DNA from: a virus
Lineage: Duplodnaviria; Heunggongvirae; Uroviricota; Caudoviricetes
Direction: 5' to 3' (one strand)
IMG/VR virus record: IMGVR_UViG_3300048904_000202
Span: 4,007 to 68,006 of that record
DNA: 64,000 bases
The translations under genes and the position numbers were made by a program. The notes below the pieces were generated by a model. It was given only the letters and a program-made list of their open reading frames with translations, did not search any database and was not told where the DNA came from. Below are positions 60,363-64,000 of this stretch, piece by piece; the first letter of the stretch is position 1; each line of letters opens with the position of its first letter.

Positions 60363-63300
60363 ATGCCCGCTTACACGCAACTCATAAACGACCTGTTCGC
60401 TCAGACGAATGGCGCGGTCACCGTTACCGACGCAAACGGCGAATCATTCACTTCGCATGACCTCATCAAGGTCGGCGCGTGGGCCTCGAAAGCGGAAGAC
60501 CCATGGATCGATCTCGCCACCGACGAAGGAGAGGCGATTGGTCTGTTCGTCGCGGGCAATCCGCAGGTCGTGAGTCCGCAGCCGTCGTTCGATGTCGATG
60601 GTGGTATGGTCTATATGCTCAAAGGCGCTCCAGTTGGTGGACAGAAGCAGGGCTTCCATATGTGCCCGCTCGATGTGTTTCTACACAAGGGCGAAGTGGA
60701 CCTCGCCGGCCTCAATACCTTCGAACCGGAAGACCTCGACATCTGCACGCCGGGTTCGGATCGCGCGATCACCCTGATGACCGGACGGCGCCGCGACGAA
60801 GGGCAGGGACGTTGGAAGCCGGTGTCTTCCACGTTCGGGCAGTTCACCGACGTGCTGCGCGCCCACAAGGAAGGCGAGAAGGACGGCTCCTGCTATCTTC
60901 AAGGTGAGTCGGCCGATGGCGCTCGCAAGTCGGCGGCGCAGATCGCCAACTACATCCTCGGCGTCGACCTCGACTCAGGTGCTCCCCTTCACGACGTGAT
61001 CGCGACGATTTCCAAACATGGTCTGGAGGCGGTGATCTACACCACCCACAGTCACTTGAAGGACACGTCGGTCATCAAGCGCGACCACTTCATGAAGGAA
61101 ATGGGCACCTCCGAGGCCGACGAGGACCTGATCCGCCAATACCTGATCGAGTGGAAGGGCGTGCTGCCCCACATCCTCGAAGAGGTCGAAATCCTCGACG
61201 ACGCCAAGCACACCAGCGAGGGCATCGTCATCCTTGTCCGCCACCGGCCGATGCCGAAGTTCCGTGCGGTGTTCCCGCTCAGCGAAGGCTTCGTGTTCGC
61301 CAAGCGCGGCGGCAGCCAGAAGGACGCGATCCTTGAATGGAAAGAGCGCTACGCCGGGTTCTGCACCGACATGGGCTTCTTCTACGACGAGAAGTGCGTT
61401 GATCCGGCGCGCCTCTTCTACATGCCTCGCCACCCCGCCGGTGATACCAAGTTCGGCTCGTGGCTGATCGTTGGCGAACCGCTCGATCTCGACAAGTTCA
61501 ACCGCGTCAAGATCAATCGCAAGCGCCGTGGGAAGCCGAGCGGGCCTGCCAACGCGTTCACTGACGCGGCGGGCGGCGCTGCTGTCGATGACGATGATGA
61601 TGAAGCCGATCGCTATGTGACCGAGGACGGTTACAATCTGCGCGGCTGGGCGTCCAAACACGCCAAGCGGTTCGAGGTCCAGCGGATGCTCGAAGACGTG
61701 ATCGGCGACGACATCATCCGTGAGGATCGCGGCTCGAAACCGGGCGTACATGTCGAGTGTCCGTTCGAGGCTGAGCATTCGAGCTTCGGTGGCGCCGGTT
61801 GCTTTGTGGTCAATGCCAGCGACAATGCCGACGAGGGTTATGACGGTGGCTACACCTTCAACTGCACTCACAACGCGTGCGCCGGCCGCGATCGGCTCGA
61901 TTTCCTCGTGGAGCTTTGCAATCAGGGACAGATCACCAAGGCCGATCTGACCAACAAGGAATATCTCTATGAGATCGAAGGCGACGAAGACGACGCTCGC
62001 GATGAGCCAGAGCCCGTTGGCGTTCGCAAGCGCGACGCCGCCGTTTCAAATGAGCGTGCCGGAAAACCCTCCTCGGGCGTTTCCCAAGCTGACGAACGAC
62101 GCGGAAATACTGCGCGCGATCGTGAAGGCGTTCAGGCGGACATCGACGAAGACCTAGCGTCTGACGAAGAGGATGTCGTTCTCAAGGCGTTCAACCGCCG
62201 CTACGCTGTAATTCGCACGTCCGGCGGGGTCCGTATCCTCGTGGAGCCTCGCACGGCTGACGACGATGTGGCGTTCGAATCACAGAACGACGTGAGTCTG
62301 TACGAAAAGAACCGCGTGATCTGGACTGGCGGTAGCCGCAAAGGCGAGAGCGCCAAGAAACTCGAAGCCTTCAAGGTCTGGCTGGAGTGGGAACACCGCC
62401 GCACTTACAGCCGCGTCGTATTCGCGCCGGGGCAGTCGGTGCCACGTGACACCTACAACCTATTCCGGGGCTGGCCGTTCGAGCCGGTGGCGACGACGTG
62501 GACCGAGACATTGGAGAACTCCGACGCTCCGGTCCCCGGTGATTGGTCGATGCTACGTGGTCACATCTTCGCCAACATCTGTGAGTCCGACGACGAACTG
62601 TTCAATTGGTTCATGACGTGGTTGGCAATGCTGTTCCAGAAGCCCAACGCCAAGCCGGGCTCGACCGTGGTAATCACCGGCGAGAAGGGCACCGGCAAGT
62701 CGACCGTGTTCGACTATGTGAATCAGCTTCTCGGCCGCTGTGGCATCACCGTCTCTCAGCGTAAGCAGATCGTCGGTCAGTTCAATGGACACTTGGCGAC
62801 CACGTTGCTCATGGTCTGCGAAGAAGCCTTCTGGGCCGCCGATCCTCAGGCCGAAGGCGTCCTCAAGGACATGATCACCAACAAATCGGTGCTGATCGAA
62901 AAGAAAGGCTACGATCCGATCCAGTCGCAGAACTACACGCGACTCGCGCTGATCTCGAACAATGAGTGGGTGGTGCCGGCGTCGCTCAAGGACGAACGTC
63001 GCTTCTTCGTCCTGCGGTGTAACTCAGCCCGGCGCGGTGATCTCCGCTTCTTCGAGGACATGCGGGAGCAAATGGAGAAGCTTGGCGGGCTCGAAGCCTT
63101 CCTGTACGATCTTCTCCACTGGGAGCCCATCAATGGGACCTTCTCCTCGTTGTTCAATCCCCCAGTGACCTCGCATCTCCAGCAGCAGCAGATCGAGTCG
63201 CTCACCGGCGTCCAGAAGTTCATGCTCGAACTGGTCAAGGCCGGAATGTACGAGACGAACGACGACAACATCACGCCGATCGAACTGAACGAGGACAAAG

Positions 63301-63584
63301 AGACTCGCATTTACGCGGTCGACATGCGGGCCGCCGTGCAGGACTATGTGAAATTCCGCTTCTCGTCCGACAAGGCGAAAACGTCCTTCGACGACATCGC
63401 CGTGGTCGTTACCGACTGGTTTGGGGCGCGAGAAGTTAGCATGGCTGTCGAAGGCTCAACGAATCGTAAACGAACCTTCGTGTTTCCTCCGCTCGATGAC
63501 GTGCGCGCTAAGCTCAAGGAATCCAAGGGGCTCGATATCGAGGCGATGACCTTGGAGACGGTCAAGGCCATGAAAACGCGGTAA
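60363..63584 (+). CDS. Primase-polymerase/helicase (N-terminal primase-like domain, C-terminal SF3/D5-like ATPase)
   Basis: GVDLDSG, YTTHSH, FRAVFPL, DPARLFYMP; C-terminal GEKGTGKS, CEEA, LISN, ERRFFV. Confidence 0.8.
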   Translation: MPAYTQLINDLFAQTNGAVTVTDANGESFTSHDLIKVGAWASKAEDPWIDLATDEGEAIGLFVAGNPQVVSPQPSFDVDGGMVYMLKGAPVGGQKQGFHMCPLDVFLHKGEVDLAGLNTFEPEDLDICTPGSDRAITLMTGRRRDEGQGRWKPVSSTFGQFTDVLRAHKEGEKDGSCYLQGESADGARKSAAQIANYILGVDLDSGAPLHDVIATISKHGLEAVIYTTHSHLKDTSVIKRDHFMKEMGTSEADEDLIRQYLIEWKGVLPHILEEVEILDDAKHTSEGIVILVRHRPMPKFRAVFPLSEGFVFAKRGGSQKDAILEWKERYAGFCTDMGFFYDEKCVDPARLFYMPRHPAGDTKFGSWLIVGEPLDLDKFNRVKINRKRRGKPSGPANAFTDAAGGAAVDDDDDEADRYVTEDGYNLRGWASKHAKRFEVQRMLEDVIGDDIIREDRGSKPGVHVECPFEAEHSSFGGAGCFVVNASDNADEGYDGGYTFNCTHNACAGRDRLDFLVELCNQGQITKADLTNKEYLYEIEGDEDDARDEPEPVGVRKRDAAVSNERAGKPSSGVSQADERRGNTARDREGVQADIDEDLASDEEDVVLKAFNRRYAVIRTSGGVRILVEPRTADDDVAFESQNDVSLYEKNRVIWTGGSRKGESAKKLEAFKVWLEWEHRRTYSRVVFAPGQSVPRDTYNLFRGWPFEPVATTWTETLENSDAPVPGDWSMLRGHIFANICESDDELFNWFMTWLAMLFQKPNAKPGSTVVITGEKGTGKSTVFDYVNQLLGRCGITVSQRKQIVGQFNGHLATTLLMVCEEAFWAADPQAEGVLKDMITNKSVLIEKKGYDPIQSQNYTRLALISNNEWVVPASLKDERRFFVLRCNSARRGDLRFFEDMREQMEKLGGLEAFLYDLLHWEPINGTFSSLFNPPVTSHLQQQQIESLTGVQKFMLELVKAGMYETNDDNITPIELNEDKETRIYAVDMRAAVQDYVKFRFSSDKAKTSFDDIAVVVTDWFGAREVSMAVEGSTNRKRTFVFPPLDDVRAKLKESKGLDIEAMTLETVKAMKTR

Positions 63585-63630
63585 ACCTCAGGATAAATAT
63601 TTAGTCCAACAATACTGACACGATCTCCGC

Positions 63631-63660
63631 TTGACGTTGATCCACGCTAACACTTATACA
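63631..63660 (+). promoter_or_regulatory. Sigma70-type promoter
   Basis: TTGACG-N18-TATACA. Confidence 0.55.
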
Positions 63661-63940
63661 CCTCCCTGTAGCCGCGAATCACGTTTCGTTTGTGCAACAG
63701 GGAGGTTTTTTATGCGCTGAACCATAGGGTTGGCTCCCGATGAAAGCCCGAGTGACCATCATCCCATGGGGCTGCTCGCGAAAAATTTAGGGGACTCGTT
63801 GGTGTTGGAAGCAACGAGTCCCCGTTCATGAAAGTTTAAGCGAAGATTTACACTTACCGACCCAGTGCTACGGATGATTCACATTCAGCCCACGTCAAGC
63901 CTCGGTCAGCTAAGTTACAGTAACCCAGAAGGAATTTGAA

Positions 63941-64000
63941 ATGCGAGTGGAACAGATCGACCGGATCGACGGTCGCAAGGGTCTGATCAAGCTGTGGGAG
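63941..64000 (+). CDS. Start of a gene truncated by the window end (MRVEQIDRIDGRKGLIKLWE...)
   Basis: AGAAGGA RBS upstream of ATG. Confidence 0.5.
   Translation, partial: MRVEQIDRIDGRKGLIKLWE

Overview
A 64-kb GC-rich segment of a large bacteriophage genome. The gene set (T7-like Pol A, class Ia RNR, ThyX, NAD-dependent ligase, SNF2 and RecD-like helicases, SF3 primase-helicase, amidase/spanin lysis cassette) and a permuted two-piece tmRNA point to an alphaproteobacterial host, probably a phiCbK-like large siphophage; this placement is inferred, not database-verified. Layout: lysis, thyX, ligA and small accessory genes on + (1-9.5 kb); a long minus-strand replication and nucleotide-metabolism block (9.6-42 kb); then a tyrosine recombinase, 28 tRNA genes in three operons, several large structured non-coding RNAs, an accessory module (Gsp-like ligase, K+ channel, HD hydrolase), a small virion-appendage module, the tmRNA and the primase-helicase (42-64 kb). 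Main finding: the three tRNA operons divide the 20 amino acids without overlap (P,M,V,A,N,I / K,G,D,E,R,F / S,Y,L,T,H,Q,C,W). Each is preceded by a near-identical sigma70-type promoter and an unannotated 18-30 aa leader ORF built mostly from that operon's own amino acids, followed by a terminator and candidate antiterminator hairpins. This suggests translation-sensing attenuation of phage tRNA supply. Other notable items: two tandem circularly permuted tRNA-like modules, a D-arm-less pseudoknotted tRNA-Tyr, a stand-alone minimal class II aaRS-like domain, and a recurrent GTTAG-N5/6-YTRAC promoter motif. Family assignments come from motif recognition by eye; no searches were run.
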